The position numbers were made by a program, and so were the translations under genes. The notes beneath the pieces are model-generated. The model worked only from the letters and a program-made list of their open reading frames with translations. It had not been told where the DNA came from and did no database searches. From Daphnia carinata (taxonomy: Eukaryota): 64,000 bases of DNA. Numbering within the stretch: position 1 is the stretch's first letter; each line of letters begins with the position of its first letter. Below, piece by piece: positions 1 through 17,900 of this stretch. Where the stretch lies: contig NC_081333.1 in the NCBI RefSeq assembly GCF_022539665.2, forward strand, positions 12,710,001 through 12,774,000. Direction: 5' to 3'.

Positions 1-25
1 CATTGATTTATTGTTTGTTTTCTAG

Positions 26-337
26 ACAATGGAACAGTACGCTAAAGTGCTCAACGACTCTGTTGTACGCGGTTGGTTGACCGATTATAACTTGGCCAAG
101 CAATTTTCCAGCCCTACCCACCTGTCTGGTATCGGCACTGAGCTCAGCTATCTACAAAACAGTTTCGATGCATTGAAACGTGAATCAGAGATCGCCTTCC
201 CGGCTGTTTACGACACGAATACCACCAAAGAGTGGTTCGAATCACACGTCAAACCCATGGCCGACAAAGTGGGTGAGCTCCTTATGGCCATTGAGGTTCT
301 ACGCTCCAAAAATGTCTGGCCGAGAAGACCTATTTAG
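26..337 (+). CDS. Last coding exon of a hexosaminidase D-like (GH20, HEXD/HEXDC-type) gene; 5' part lies outside the window
   Basis: Acceptor ...ttttctag ends at 25 and the frame is open to TAG at 335-337. The peptide (VRGWLTDYNLAKQFSSP...VYDTNTTKEWFESHVKP...VWPRRP) resembles the C-terminus of animal hexosaminidase D proteins (recalled similarity). Confidence 0.65.
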   Translation, partial: TMEQYAKVLNDSVVRGWLTDYNLAKQFSSPTHLSGIGTELSYLQNSFDALKRESEIAFPAVYDTNTTKEWFESHVKPMADKVGELLMAIEVLRSKNVWPRRPI

Positions 338-3300
338 AAACAAATTTAAACAGCGCCAGTCATACGTATTGTGAGAAGAATACGATCGGCTGGTTAACTA
401 TTTTAATATCTCGTACTACGTTTGCTCCTTATTACTTTGTGTATCCTTTTATATTTGTACTATATGTATTACTCCAAGTATTCTTATTCTTCAACGTCCA
501 AACTTGATATATAACGATTTCGGTATTGATTCCATTTTTTGGATGTTTTTTAATTTGCTATTCAATTACACTTGTCAATCTACTTATCTCATTCTGTACC
601 GCTAGCGGGGATAATGCCATCGCGTGTTGCTTTAATCGGTTTTTGACATCCTTTTCTCCTTACTCTTAGCTTGTCGACTCGAGCAAAGGGATGGGCCTAG
701 TACATAGACGTGTGCGAGTGTGATGGCTTGATTACGAGCCGATCCATTAATCAATCCAAAGAAAGGGCGGGGCCGCTCCTTTTTTGAAACTAAGAATAAA
801 CAAAAAAAAAAAAATGTCCAGAACAAAGAAGAAGGTAACAGTAAAAAAGAAAATAATCATTTTGTGTGGATGGAACGAAGACTCCGCAGACGATTTGCTT
901 CGGCTATTCGCCTCCTATTTGTTGGCCAATTAAACCTAGGAATGGAAAGGGGGGATTGTGGAGATAGAAATGGTCCATGTGTGTGTTTGTCCGAATGGGA
1001 ATGTGGGTTCCTTTGAATGAATTCTAGAAAGAGCCCATGCTGGATGACCTGACCTTCTGAGCGCTGCCCATTATCAGACTGATGCCAGTACATCGTTTTT
1101 GGCTAGACGAAGGCTGCCGTAAAAGTCAGACCGATTACGACTGGAACAATTGAACGATTGGTCCAAGAGAGGGGTGAAGCGGACGATCAACGGATTGCGA
1201 AAGGGGCACCCCACTCGCATTTGCATTTGAAAAGAAAAAACTCCATTGCGTACAGCCCTGGGTAGCAGCGGCAGCTGCCGCGTGTTCCCTAGAATTAAAA
1301 AAAAAAAGGAACTTGCGGTGTGTGATATGCACGTGTGTGTATGCTTCCTTGTGATAAGCTAAATAAAAATACAATATTGAAACCCCCTCGGCTGTGATTT
1401 TTTTTCGTTAGAGAATTGGCCTTAGTTTGACACCCTTCACACTCCCGCACAACTCTAATGTTGGGCTCGTTCTCATTCTTCTTCGACGTGGATTCATCAT
1501 TGATTCCTGTACTCAACACAACAACGCGACGCTACACACACTAGGTCTAACGTATACAAACATACAGACCTTTAGGCCTAGGGACTATAAGCCGACTATA
1601 ATCCAATCAATCGATAGTTGAACAAACACCTTTTGAAAAAAATCTTATAGAAGAGGGCAGGAGAAGAAGCGTGCCGCCATAATACGCTCTGGAAAACGGC
1701 TCAATTAGTCGATGCAAATAGGCCGTGTATTTATTCAGAATTTTTTTTTTTTTTCGTATTACTATTCCGAATGTGGTGTTGGAAGGATTCATCCTTTTGC
1801 TCTGTTTGAACTTGTATTCGCTTCAGCACCACCGTCCCCGAGGAGGAGCGAGGGAAATTCAAACACGATACACGCACGGAGATGAATGTATCGCGGCTTG
1901 TTGTTACCGCCGCTGATGTTGCTACAATTTTCTAGTCGGTCGGACACGACTTTTTCATGGTACACTTCAATGGAGACGAGATCAATTGTACAAGGAAAGA
2001 TGCAGAGGAGAATACACTGAAGCGCTAGATTGTTAAACGTTTATGTATACATGCGGTAGTCTCGACGTTTGCCAAATGAAATTGGAAAATGTCAGCGCAT
2101 ATTGAAAATAGTTTCACCGCTTGTTGTGTGTGACGGCCATTTCCGGTACTGTTATAAGGAGTCTTTGATGTTACCTTTCTTTGCGGATTTTCAAACACCA
2201 TCTCGGAATACACATATTGGCTTTGGTGGGTCCTTTCCCGTTTCTCCGAGGAATCAGGACCAACAATAAATCGAATTTGCACACATAATAGATAGCCTTT
2301 TATGTAAAAATTTGAATACGAAAGATATACAGAATGACGACAGCGTTTGAATCGAGCCAATCAGTATGTCTTGTTTGTGTTTTCTATTGGTTACGCTATT
2401 GTGGAGAGCAACTCTTTGTCCTCCTGCGAGTACACGGCATTCGAATGAAGATAACTAAATAAGAATAAAATGGATAACCCATTCCAAGACAAAACTTTAA
2501 CCGTAGCGGAAGACTATAACGAACCTATATGACATAATAATGGTTTATCAATCTGTTGGGTTGCAATAGAAAGGCTGGTGAATGAACTATTCCTCTACTA
2601 ACAGGCAAAACAACTTTGCGAAACCGAACGAGGAATAAAGAAAAGGCAAGGCTTAGTTTTCTAAAGTCGGGGTAATTTTAGCCGAGTCTGCTGGCAAATG
2701 AGAGCCAGAATGGTCGCTTAACTCTTGACATGTTTTGATCAGCACGATGTTGGAAAGTTGAATGACGTAATATGCTGATTGATCAAAAGTTGGCTAACCA
2801 AGTTTTTGTAAAGAAACAGCCATAGGGTTGGCCTACATCGCGTCTATACCTGAAGCTAATCTTGCCAACCATAACCGAGCTCATAAAATTATTAGAATTA
2901 AATTTTGTTAATATAATTTAACAACCGGACTAGTTGAAAATTGTTAAAATTGTTACCCAATTTATTGGGCGTGCTACGCTTCATGCGGATGATAAGAACG
3001 ATCAACATCTTCATTTCTTAGCGCCTAACAGCAAACTAATGAACGTGTTCTCTTAATCATACCCAATTTCTTAACGAGCATCTATAATCACTAATCAATT
3101 CTAGCGAACAGGATCGGGAGCCAACACACTGCCTGATGAAAAGTTAAGTTTTCTAAGGACTCATCAAAGAAGTAGCAGTAAGAAAACGAGTACAGAAGGG
3201 AATAAGCCAAACTATTACGAAGACGAAGAGGCAGGTAGCCCCACCATAAGAAATGCATTTACAAACGAAAAGTTATAAATTTGATAAAGAAAAACGTATT

Positions 3301-6300
3301 TAGAGAGTTATCCAGTTGAGCGGCCTGATTGGGCTCTACTAATTGTCCCTTGTGCTTATATTCTTTGATAGATCGACAGACAATCATTTCGCGAAAATCT
3401 CAAATTGACGACAAAGTTGTTTGACTCATTTTCGAAAACTTTGGCGGCTCAACCGTGTGCCTCTGTATAGTTCCCTCATCCGAGCTTGTTTCGAAAGTCA
3501 TAACGGATTGATGATTAGGCTTTGAACCTTTTGATCTTTACGTCAGCATCCAGTGGGCTGACATCTTCGGCCTTTTAAATTGCATAAGACAAACTGATTA
3601 AAGATGAGGCTGTTTAAATGATTGGGGTGCATATTTGAACGGAAAACTCCCCTGACACACTAAACCCACGCCCAAGTAATATCGTGATTCATTTGATCAG
3701 TGATGAAAACCGCGATGAAAATAAGATTTGTTACGTACACAAGAAAAGCGGGAAAGGAACTATAAGGTGGTAGGAGAAAGATGTTTTTCCTGTACATACA
3801 AAGAGAGACATCAGCGAATGCTGATGGGGATGTTGGACACATATGCTGCCAACAAAGTGACGTTACTTGTGAAAGAGGAATGCAACATGATGATCTTTGC
3901 TGTGAAAGTGGAGGAGAGAGGAGGAGGTGTGGTGGAACCAAGTCACACCAAGTGGCGGCTCGGTGAGCCAGCAAAGCACGAAGAGGACGCAAAAAAAAAG
4001 AGCCACTGGTGCAGCACACACAATCGTGGAGCGGGTGCGGCGAATTGGAAAACGAGATATATCAATGTCAGCGTGTAGTAGAGCAAGTCATTAAGTTGTC
4101 CTCATTACCGGGCTACCAAAAAAAGAGACAAAGCGGCCGCCCTACTCTCTTTCAAACAGTAACAGCTTATTCTCATCGACAAACTGTGTAGAGGCATACA
4201 GTCCTCCCCTGATTGAGTCTATTTGCCGAAACCAACGCAGTTCGTTTTGGCCTTAAACGCGCACTCTGTAAATAGCTAATGTGGTCAGGCTAATATAGTC
4301 ATGTGTATAGCAGCGGATATATATATACCAAAAGACTTGACCTACTCTATTACTAGGTTGCCCCTTTGACATTTGTCCTAGTTCATCTTTCTCCAACTTC
4401 ACAGTCCATATATCCTTATACTGTGTGACACTGGACCGGCGGAAGTTCCTTTCTCTTATACTCCATAGTTCTATAGATGATTCCGTGTGTAAAAGAAATC
4501 AAGAGAATTTTATTTAAAAAAGATATAAGAAAATTAGCGAGCTATAAATGAATAGAATGGAACATGCTGTATGTGTATCGAGCCAGGCCTGTGTATACAT
4601 ACAACCAAAGACGCAGGCATAGTAGGCCAAACATTCAGGCCCTATTTATGTATACAGAATACACAAGAGCAAATGAAAGCCTAGAGAGAGAGAAAAAAAA
4701 AAAAGATTTGAGAGGATCAAATTATCGAAACGATTTGCCGCTTGGTTGCGTCTCAATGTCGTCCGTAATGACTTGGATTATACACGTCCCGGGGGGGGCC
4801 CCCTATATATATATACTACAGGGACTCGCGCTCATCTAATTCTGAACGCTTTCTTTATATTCCCGAGTGATATTATAGAGGCAAAACGCACACGGCGTAT
4901 AGCAAAGGCCTCCTTAACACGGCGCCGTCAACCGTTCACTCCGTTTAGTCGCGTTGATATAAATCCGCAGAAGCGCCAGCCATCGTCTACATACATACAC
5001 GAGCATAGCCGTTTAATCTCCATATATTAGACACCATCCATTTCATGACGTTCCCTCATCGTTCGAGTTCACTATAGCGCAAGCGAAAGCAATTGGCAGA
5101 GATGGTGTGTATAGCAGGGGGCTGACTGATGGGCTCCGTGCAGACTGGGGGCTATCATACACGCAGAGGTGATGCCAGGCAGTACGTAGGCTTTTGTTGG
5201 ATGCATAATAGACCCAAACAAGGCGACAATCGTTTGCTTGCTGTTGATGCCAAGCTGCCATCATCTAATCAGTGACGTCGGGATTCGAGCGGTTGTCAAG
5301 AGCATCGCAGAGTATTCTATACCTAATAAGGTGTTTCATTTTTTTTTTTAACGTTTAACGTGTCCGAAATGAGCGTCAATTTATGACGTGAATGATGAAT
5401 GACGTACTTAGTAATCGATTGAATCTCTGCTATAAAGCCTGTTGCCGAATGCCTCCAATGTTCTTGTAGGTGTCTGATGTTCATATCCATTCCGGAAATG
5501 CGTCGACTTATGTGAGTCAGTTTAAATTAAGAGAACTGGGTGAGTGCCAGAGGCTGTAACAAATCGAAGAATTGACAGACTAAAGAAACAGTTTTAGAGA
5601 ACACGACACAACATGAGCTTATATTGCATCAGTATGCTGCGTGTGTGTAGAACAAAAGAGGTGGAAAAGGAGACGACGACGAACGACAAGTCGTTAGGTC
5701 ATTCATCAAGGCGGGGGATGTGGAACAGCAGGGGGAAAACGAGTGGAAGAAGACAACCTTCCGCACAAGAAAAAACACGGGAAACAAAACATAAATACGT
5801 AGCTTATCATTGTTGTGTATAACTCTAATATAGAAAAAGAATTGTGGGTGTCGAGTCGGATCATGGCTCCATGATTAGCTGCCTACCCCACCTTGTTTGG
5901 AGGTGGAAGATTAACGAACAACCTATGGGCTACCAATTCTCTACCTAAATTAGCGGGTTCGATCTTTTTAACATGTAGTGAACGCTACTACGGATCGAGG
6001 TGAAGGCGTCTGCATACGAGTTGTAGCGTTCGTGAAAGTGAAACCATGGCAAGGTTGAACGAAATCTATGGCAGCACGTCGTCGCAACACATTGTCCTCC
6101 TTCCGTCGGTACTCCCCAAATACGAGATAGTTGCCTACATTGCTAGTGGGTTCAGCTCTTCCCCTCTTTCGCGTGTCGTTTAAATAGGATAGAAAGCATA
6201 CACCTCGTTGCTAGCGTGTCACGCTCGGTCTGGTCGGAACAATGATCCTCATTCTGTCGCTTTACTTCTCTCAGTCGCATTCTCTTGTTTCGTTCTTTAC

Positions 6301-9300
6301 AAATTACACCCGACTATTTTTTTTTTCTCTTCTATCTTCCGAGTGGTAACAAGAGGAGGAACGTGTAGATGTTCGTTTGGCAGAAACATTCCCCGTCGTG
6401 CATAGTTTGACGGCAGTTCCCTGCTAGCAAATAATTCATCGTCGTTCTTTTTCGCAGCTGATGATTGTCAGCACCATAACAACTCTGCCAGCGAACCTTA
6501 TGGTTTGGTAGAGAACAAAGAATGTTCTTCAATGTGATAATGAAAACAAGAGTTAAAATCATAAGAGATGTGTATAGCTAAAGAATGAGTAGCTTAACAC
6601 ACATCCGATTGTTGAAAGGTCGTTGTGTACACGCTAGCTGATGATAATGATGATGTGCGGTTATAGAACCGGGACCATTTGAAATAAGGGCACCCAGGTA
6701 ACGCTCTATATTATACAATACTTTTGTATAGACCGTAAAAAAGAAAAACTACAATAGGAGAGGATCGGCTGGTGGCCGCTGCGGGAGGTCGCCATCACGA
6801 CTCCTGGCAGAAAACATTTGGTTGGAAACGAGTCGATAACAAATAATAGACGATGCCATTGGAAATAATGAGCGGCAAACCCAGGGCACCGGCCATCTTT
6901 TTCGTCAGTGACAACGGCCTGCGTTTTTCTACATGCAATTGCCGTCTCAACATAACAAGGTCTCAATAAATCCATCGACAGCCAATGCCCAATGCCGACA
7001 AAAAGCTAACGCAGTAGAATCGAACACATTGTCTCGCAGAAAATAATGGCAGTCAATGGAACATACGGCTATTCTAGCTTTGTATTTTCTATGTTAGAAT
7101 ACATTAGACCCATTTTCTTTTCTATATATCGCCTCGTTTTCTATAAATAAATTCGAACGTCTCCAAGATCGATTTGCTGCATTGGACGTTATGGGTCACG
7201 TGCACTGGATCCTTTTCGGCCTCTTGATGTGATGTGAGGTCTCGTTCATTTGCTAAATACGAGTTAAATATGCATTCAAAGATGGGCGATGGAAAAAGAA
7301 GAATAAAATCCGACTTGATCCAGTATGAAATGAGGAACAGTAAGGAGCGGACAGTTGGTCCTTTGAAACATAAGAGCGACACTTGTCGGCGCTTTCAGGA
7401 TCCAAAAAAAAAAATAACCATCAGCCACAAAGGACTCTCCTCTCTGTACACAAGGGCGTGGAAGACGATGAAGATGAAAACGTATGTAGAAGAAAAGTCG
7501 AGAGGGTAGGTGTAGTGAGTGGGAGGAGAAGGCAAAAGTGACACTGAGGATTGTCGTCCTTGTTGGCAACAATTCACCAGCTTGTTTTCGCTTCGTTCCC
7601 ATTTCTCAATGTTCTTCTATTTCTTAACGATGGCCTGCAGTAAGTTGGCTATTGGCTAGAGATAAACTAACGACTGTCGTTGAGGTTAGCTGTATTTTCT
7701 GATCGGCATCTGCGTAAAAAGAGTAATGAACAGGGAGTATAAGGTTCGCCATATCGCCAAGCACAAACATCATCATACAGAGCTGGACTGAAAAGAAAAA
7801 GAGTTTTGAAAAGCTGACCGCTAATTGCCTCGTCAAGCCCTACATTTTTTCTATGGCTTTATGTATAACGAAGTCGTAAGCCTTCTCTTCACCCTCCTCC
7901 CCTACTTTTTGCGATGTCTTCGTAAAAACGAACCAAGTCGTTTTGCTTATGGTAGCCTACTCTAAGCAATTTCGGTATCACGCCAAAGCCGAAATTAAAC
8001 TTGAAGCTCATCATTAACTACAAAGCTGGAAAAAAAAGCTATTAACAATAACAACATCATCAACAAAATTTTGGCAAACCAAAGACATTCCATGGACATA
8101 ACAAAACCTCCATTGTGGCCGAGTGTGATGAATGCTTTGAATGAAGTGATCCTACATGGCATTCTTCCACTTTCAAAGTGCGCGCTATAGAAATGCGAAA
8201 ACGAGTGCATGCGACGGCAGCATTGAGGAATTGGATATGGTTAAGTCTCTTATTCTCCGCTTCGGCCATCTCCACTCGTTTTTTTTTTTGTGTGTTGAAT
8301 ACAATCGCATCAAACACACAGAGGCTACCGCCTGACTTTTCATCTTCTGTGTGACCGCGTCGGGTCTCGCGCCGTTGCGGTTCCCCATAGCATCCGCAAC
8401 TCCGCCCTCGGCCGACTCTTCATTCTCACATGTGAGGGACCTATACCGACTTGTGACAGAGCACAACAATGCACACACACACACACAAAAACGATTTAAT
8501 AGGATCAATTCTTTTATCTATTTTTTATTATTTTTTTTGGTAAGATTTCCAAGCGAAGCAATTTATGGGGACCTTTCAGCTCGAAATCACTTGACAAAGG
8601 GAGAGATTATAGGGCGAAACAATCATCTGAAAATCAGGCCTCTTTCGGCTTTACAAAAGGCAATTTGGAATAATTAGGGCCTCTCGTCTTCCTCCTTAGA
8701 TTCGAATGGGGGATCCAATTGCAAATGGCCTTTTTGCCAGCAGTTGGAGTTGACTTTTAAAGGATTGTTTTTTTCAATCTGTATAAACATCATCATCAAG
8801 TGGAAGAAGGTCGAATCTGCATAAGCCCAAATCGGATGCAATTGATTGTATCAAGTGACTTATTATCCGTACGATGGGAAAAACGGAGCAGCTTTCTATC
8901 GCAAGCTGTTTAACATCTCATAAATAAACGGACAGCAAAGAGCCATCCCGTTGCACATGTCAGCTGATCTCCATTCGAATTGAAAAGCGTCAAACAGTTT
9001 AAAAAAAAAGGATTGACAAGATAGCAGAACGCTCGTTCTCGCCGACGATATTATAATATGGCCCACTATAATACTTGTCAAAGACAAGCGAGTTCGTAAA
9101 ACATTCTCTCTGAACACGATTCACTTTGGCTGCTGTTGCAATTCGGCGTACGCCCGCTGGATGGTCTTATTCAAGCGCTTTGATGCTCGCTTTTTGATCC
9201 GTCTTATCGGCGCACAGACTATTGAGCAAAGCGTGAGAATGGCACCCATTGCTTCCCGAACAGCGTCAAGTCCTTTTCTTTTTTTTTTAAATCACCATTG

Positions 9301-12300
9301 CCTATGTGTTTCTGTATAAACAGTGCAATCGGATTAAAGCTTTTCCCCAAACGAAAAAAAAAAAAACGCTAGCACAAACGACATCCAGTCACCTTTTTTT
9401 TTCACAAAGATCTCGAACAGAAATATATAAAAAAAAAAGGCAAGCAAGGGAGGTAAGTATTATATCGATACAGTATCTATAAATACAGAGTCTTTTTATC
9501 GCCTCTTTTATAGAGTCTATCCTATTACTACTCAACTGGAAAAAGGAATATAACAACACCGCTCAGTAAGTGCAGTCCTTTCTCTCCTCTTTTATTTCTC
9601 ATCATTTTTTTTGTTTCTTTTTTGTACTTTCTTTTTAAAGGTCAAGTGTTGATAAATCTATTTCTTAACTTAAAAATCGCCTTTCATGATTTCAAAGAAG
9701 TGAATTTCAAACATTAAAATGTTTTTGTTTGCAGGACCAACCTCCAATCAGCCAAACTAACACCGTTAGGAAATTGGAGACATTGTGTAAAGCGCTGATG
9801 TGATTGGAGTTAATTGCAAAAAGTTGGGGTCTCGGGGATTTGATCCGATTTCTCTCGAACGATTTCACGCCCATTTGAAGCCAGCAAAGCTCCCCCCTCT
9901 CTCGCTGAATTCACGTCCCCTTCATATCTGTTGCCTGTGTTGCAGTCGATACGTATCACTCTAGGCCTCTATATTTTGCTATCCGCTATAACTACGGTGG
10001 AGGTATTATCCTATGCGCAGAGTAATGGCTATATTGGCTGTATAAGGCGTAGTCGAACCGTTGTACACACTCGTGTGTGTACGACTCGATCAAATCCGCA
10101 TCTATCAATACAGGACGCCCCTCAATCAGCTTAGGGTGTACGCGAAACCAAGAGATGTGGAAGAAATAGATCCATTTTAGATATCGCCAGAGAGAGGAAC
10201 TCTTATCAAATGATTAGACGGCCACTTGGACCTTCTGTCTATTTTTTTTTATGAAGACAATATCAACGCGAGCACTAGCGAATGCCTTTTAAGAATCGTC
10301 GAATACGCTAGACCACTCCAATAATCAAAGCCAACTGTATAGGCCTCTGCGGTAGGACGTCATGTGATTTGATGTAAGAGGCCGATTATTATAATACGTT
10401 CGAATTATCCCAAAATAATGCATAATAAGGAGGAAGGGGGCGAGCGGTAAACAGAAGAAATCTTTACGCATGAATCGCTGTCGTGTTTAGCTGGATTAGT
10501 GGCATCCGTCGTCGATTCGATGCAGTTTAGGCGGTCGACCGTCCCTCGCCACTACAATCTCCATACGTATTAACGTTCTAATGCCCACATAAAACTAGAA
10601 ATTGCATACATGAAGAGTACAACATAATTTTTGTCAAAAATGAAATGACATTCAGAAACATCCGAACAACAGACGGCGGATGGGAAAATAAGTTGTTGAA
10701 AATGGCTCCCTGGAGAAGCTAAAAAAAAAAAGAGGGTGTGTCAACTTCGGTGGATATGACATACAGGCTAAATCGTTCAATTGCGATATCCAGGAACTAT
10801 TAAGAGAGACTACATGCAATATCTCTTACGATCATTTACTATGTAATACAGTACTATACACATCGTTAAGTATGAGATGCGCGATTATAGTCTTAACTCG
10901 TGCGGAATTGCGTGTATATTCCGGAAGCTATTCCAAATGCAATTCAATAACTCTGTAAGCTATAGATAAGACACTGTTAATTGATAGCAAAATGAAAGTA
11001 GACGCATAGGTCTGATGTTTCACGAACAGAAGAAGCTTTGGAATTCAGGCCATAATAGCGCGACGTGGTGGTGATTATTCTCGACTCATTTGAGTTAGTG
11101 AAAAAGCTCCAATAGGAATCGCTTGATTTGACGTGAAAGAAGAAAGAAAAAAGAATTTCCAAATGAAGAGAGAGAGAGAAAGGGAAAACAAGAAACGATG
11201 AGATGCTATCGAGTCCCAGTTGGCAAGGGCTGGGGCTCTTTGAAAATGGACCAGGCAACATCATCGAAGGGCTCATGATGGAAAAGCTAATGACAGCAGC
11301 ACATAGAAACCCAATGGGCCGGCTCTCACGCAGCTTATTTTCTCCCGTAATGCTGCGACGATGCGCGCGGGACGAGCGGGAGCCGAACGTTCAACCGTGA
11401 AAGCCGCTCTCATCGTTTCCCGTCTCCTCCCTCTTCTCCCTGCCATCTAACTGCACGTAGGACTAATATATACTAGCAGCCCACCGACGCCTCTCTTTTG
11501 CAGCGGCTCTCCTTTTTCTTTTTTTCCGCAATTGCCTACACCGACGTTTCAACGATGAAAAGAAATAAGTCTGATCGTTTTCAGTAGGCGGCGGAGGAAA
11601 TTAAAGAGTCCGACGGCATCCTGCAAGCCTCATTTGCTAGCCTTAGTATAAATATCTAAAGTCGTCAACTAAAATTTCAAAAAAACAAACCCCCAAAAAA
11701 ATTGTATATACAAAACGATGCTCATCAGTCGGCGTTGATCAGCTGTTTTTCAGCCAGAGAGGAATGAAGAAGAACATTTTTTTCTTTTTCTCTCTCCGAG
11801 CCAATCGGATGCTGCTGGATGGGCGGAGCCATCCATGTGTAGATGATATTGCCAGGCGAGTGCCGCGCAGCATCCGTGGATGTGTGTATATATATACGTG
11901 TTTTTGGTGTTGTCTCGTCAACGACTTGCAAGAGGGAGGCCACTTTTGCTCTTTATTCTCAGCCTCTGGGCCTTCATTGCTCCAGCGAAGAGTTGCTGGG
12001 CGGTTTCACGTCCCGTATTTTATACACACACACACTAAAAAACGAGTCGTACATCCCCCCCCCCCCCATACCGGATATCTACCGCCTTTTTCTGCTCATC
12101 GTCTTTTTGGCCAGAGTCATATACACATCGCTAGTCGTCCACTATAGCTTCATTCAGTTGTTCAATCTCAGTCAAACAACTAGTCTCACCGCTCTTTTGT
12201 TTTCAATTGATTTCTAAAGATCATTAGCGGTGGCTGTTCAGTTGAGTTCATTGTATCAATTAAGGAAAGTGCGGCGTGATTCCCGAGTGTGCAACGCTAT

Positions 12301-12341
12301 TAAGTTCACTTGTATTTTCAAATCGCGTCGGGCTTTTGCGG

Positions 12342-14993
<2,652 letters not shown>

Positions 14994-17900
14994 TTTCCGT
15001 ATACGAACGTGTGTCATTTGTTTGTGAAAATTCTTTTGATTGTGTTTATTGTGTGTATTTCGGGCGTCCGTTGTCTATTTGTGTACATACAGTTAACATC
15101 ACAATAGAGGAATTGTTTGGGCCTGTACATTTCCCTCCCGTCTTTCGGCAGAGGTAAAACTCATTTTTGAATGATTGTGAAACATTGATTGACATTTGAC
15201 GATCGACTCGAGTTATTGATCCGCCATATTATTATATCCATCATTGTGTTGTTCAACAAAAATACAGTGAACGCGTCTCATGTTACAACTGTTTTGCGCG
15301 TCATCTCATTGAACGGCCAACATGAAATTTGTGTACAGTACGCGTGTTCTACGGTGCAACTGCTGATTTGGAAAAATGTTTATATCTATAAAAAAAAAAA
15401 ACATTGAGCTTTTTCAGCTAAAAGTTTTGCGTGGGATTGACGGCCACCGTGCAATCGTTAAGATGCCCAGGGCCTGCGTGTCTAGTCGCTACAAAGTGGA
15501 CAGGGTGTAGTTGTAATAGCCTGATCCGCGTCCATCGAGACGGACGGCGTTTCTATACCAAGTCAATCGAAAGGCCCATTACGTGGTATTACACAGATAG
15601 ATGGATGGATAGACCAATGAAAAAAAAGAGAGGGGAAGGGGGGATTGTTTTTGCCTCCCCCCCCCCCCCCCCCTGCCTTTTTTCCGCGTGTGCGGCTGCT
15701 CAACGGGCCGTAGCCTATCTGCTTCCGTCTCTTCTTTTTGTTGTTGTTTTCCCTCTTCAAGTGTATACGCTGGATGACGACAAACGAACAGCAGGACTCT
15801 TTGGCAAACAACTATAGATGGTAAAGAAGCAAAACGCTTGTTTACTGGCCCGTATAATCAGACTTTACAAGCACGCAGATAGGCTATAAAGGCCTTGAGC
15901 TACTGTAGGCCATTCGCTATCGAGTGCACGCGATTCAATCCTGTTGTGTAGAGCTCCATTAGACGTCATTACCGGAATAAGTCGATCTTTTTTTTTTTGC
16001 AGTACCACAAACGAAGGTTTCAAAACTAAAACAGGAAACAGGTTTCGGCAATCAGCAAGATCGTTACAAGTGGGGTTTACAATGACAATGATGGATATTC
16101 AGTTAAAATGAAAGCGATACAAAATCACAAGACCGAGGGATAACATCTAATTGAAGACACGTTAAATTACATTATTTCTATTTATCTCTCCGACTTGGTC
16201 AGCGTTTATTCTACGATACGTGACATCTCCTGCGGAAGATGAACATGAATTTGTTTTATGCTCGTGTATCCCCCCCTTTTTTCCCTCAAACTATTGCGTA
16301 ATACGATATTTAAATGCATTTAACGATCTATCCCTCGTTTCAAGGTGGGAAGCCTTTTGCCCGGCAACGCTAATGATCCCCGACACTTTGTTCACGACCG
16401 GAACCCATTGTGGACTATTGATGGGTAGTGCGCTGGATGATGTTCATCCGCTCCATCCGTGCCGCATAGACTACGCGCATAGCGCACAGTTTAGCATCCT
16501 ACTTACAAGACTCTTTTTTTTTTTTTTGGCTTCAAGAAACATCCGTTCCGAAAACGATCATCCCACTCCGTTCAACCATGTTTGTTCCAATCCCCTCGAA
16601 TATGTCAGGGCCGGGGGGTTGTATTTTCAATCGTCGATCTATGTCATTAGGCCTAAACACAATGTTCCAGTGCCAAGCTCTCAAAAATAAAGTTTTACCG
16701 AGCCCGTACGGTGCGTTACCCGGGAAAAAACTTTGAAACGGGATCAACTGCCATACGGGAGGACAAAAAAATAAAAGGGAGGGGACAGCAAGTTTTCACC
16801 CTGAGCGAAGCTGCACAACGATCAGCTCTCTCATAGCGGGAGTATATTAGTAGTCGTGTGTGCCAGCAGTCGTTCAACTTGTCATCGGTCCAACTAATTG
16901 GCCGATCCTTATTGCGCCAATGAGCAGCCGAGTGACGAGTCTAATCAACTGGCAACCTATCTCTGAAAAAACCTTTTAATGATTCAAACTCTTGGATGCT
17001 TACTTGGTGATTTGGGTTTGAACACGAAATGGGCCCTTGTGCTACAGTTGTCTAATAAAGTCCAACGCTATACACTAAACTACAAAACACTTTTCCAAAT
17101 GGTTTCACTAGAAACGTTTAAAGCAAGTTGAAGAATTTCGTGTAATATTTAACTCTCTCTACAACTAGACATAGATTTTAAAAAAATTTATTCCTGTTTT
17201 AGGGGTGCGTCAGTTCTAAACGCACTGCTGCACGTAAAAACGTAGCGTCAAAAGCACATCCAGCCATCCATGGCAACTTGTACATGACGGAGAGAAATGA
17301 ACGACTTGTGTCAAGGCTCGTCATCGGCATAGCTGCACTTTCTGCTGTTGGGAGGAATGCGAGGAAATTAATTTGCCATGAGCTGCGCTAACGAGCTGGC
17401 CCGTTTTGTTTGAGGGCAGAAAGAAAACGGAAGGGATGTTATCCTGATGTATATACGAACCCATACGATGATGACGATAAGAGTTTCTAGTCTTTTTTTT
17501 TTTTTTTTTTTTTTGACATTTGGAAATGTGTGGGCCCGTCTTCTTAAGAAGAATATGAAGAGAAAGGAAACACTTGGGTTTGAAAAAAAAAAAGAAAGAA
17601 GAATTCAGCGGAGACGAAGATGGAAAGAGCAGAGGAAAGCGTCCAAAACAAGATAATGTAGAGAGGAGCCCGAGTGTCAAAACGGATGTGCTGTGTATAT
17701 TGAGCCATGTCTAATTATCTGTTCGTTTTCGTGCCATTTTGACGGCAGATGAATAATCGAAATGAGGGGGGACAAGTTGGTTTTTTTAGTTTTCTATTTT
17801 TTTTATCGGGACGCAGACATCTGATTGCACTCAACGATGAGGAAAGGTAACATTCCCGAACGATTGGAACTTGTATGCCTTATCTCTCCTCGTTCAGGCT

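Noticed and set aside
2000..4100. Stretch with fewer homopolymer runs and several short ORFs, possibly a decayed transposon or pseudogene
   Set aside because: No recognisable domain, termini or consistent frame; needs BLASTX/RepeatMasker.
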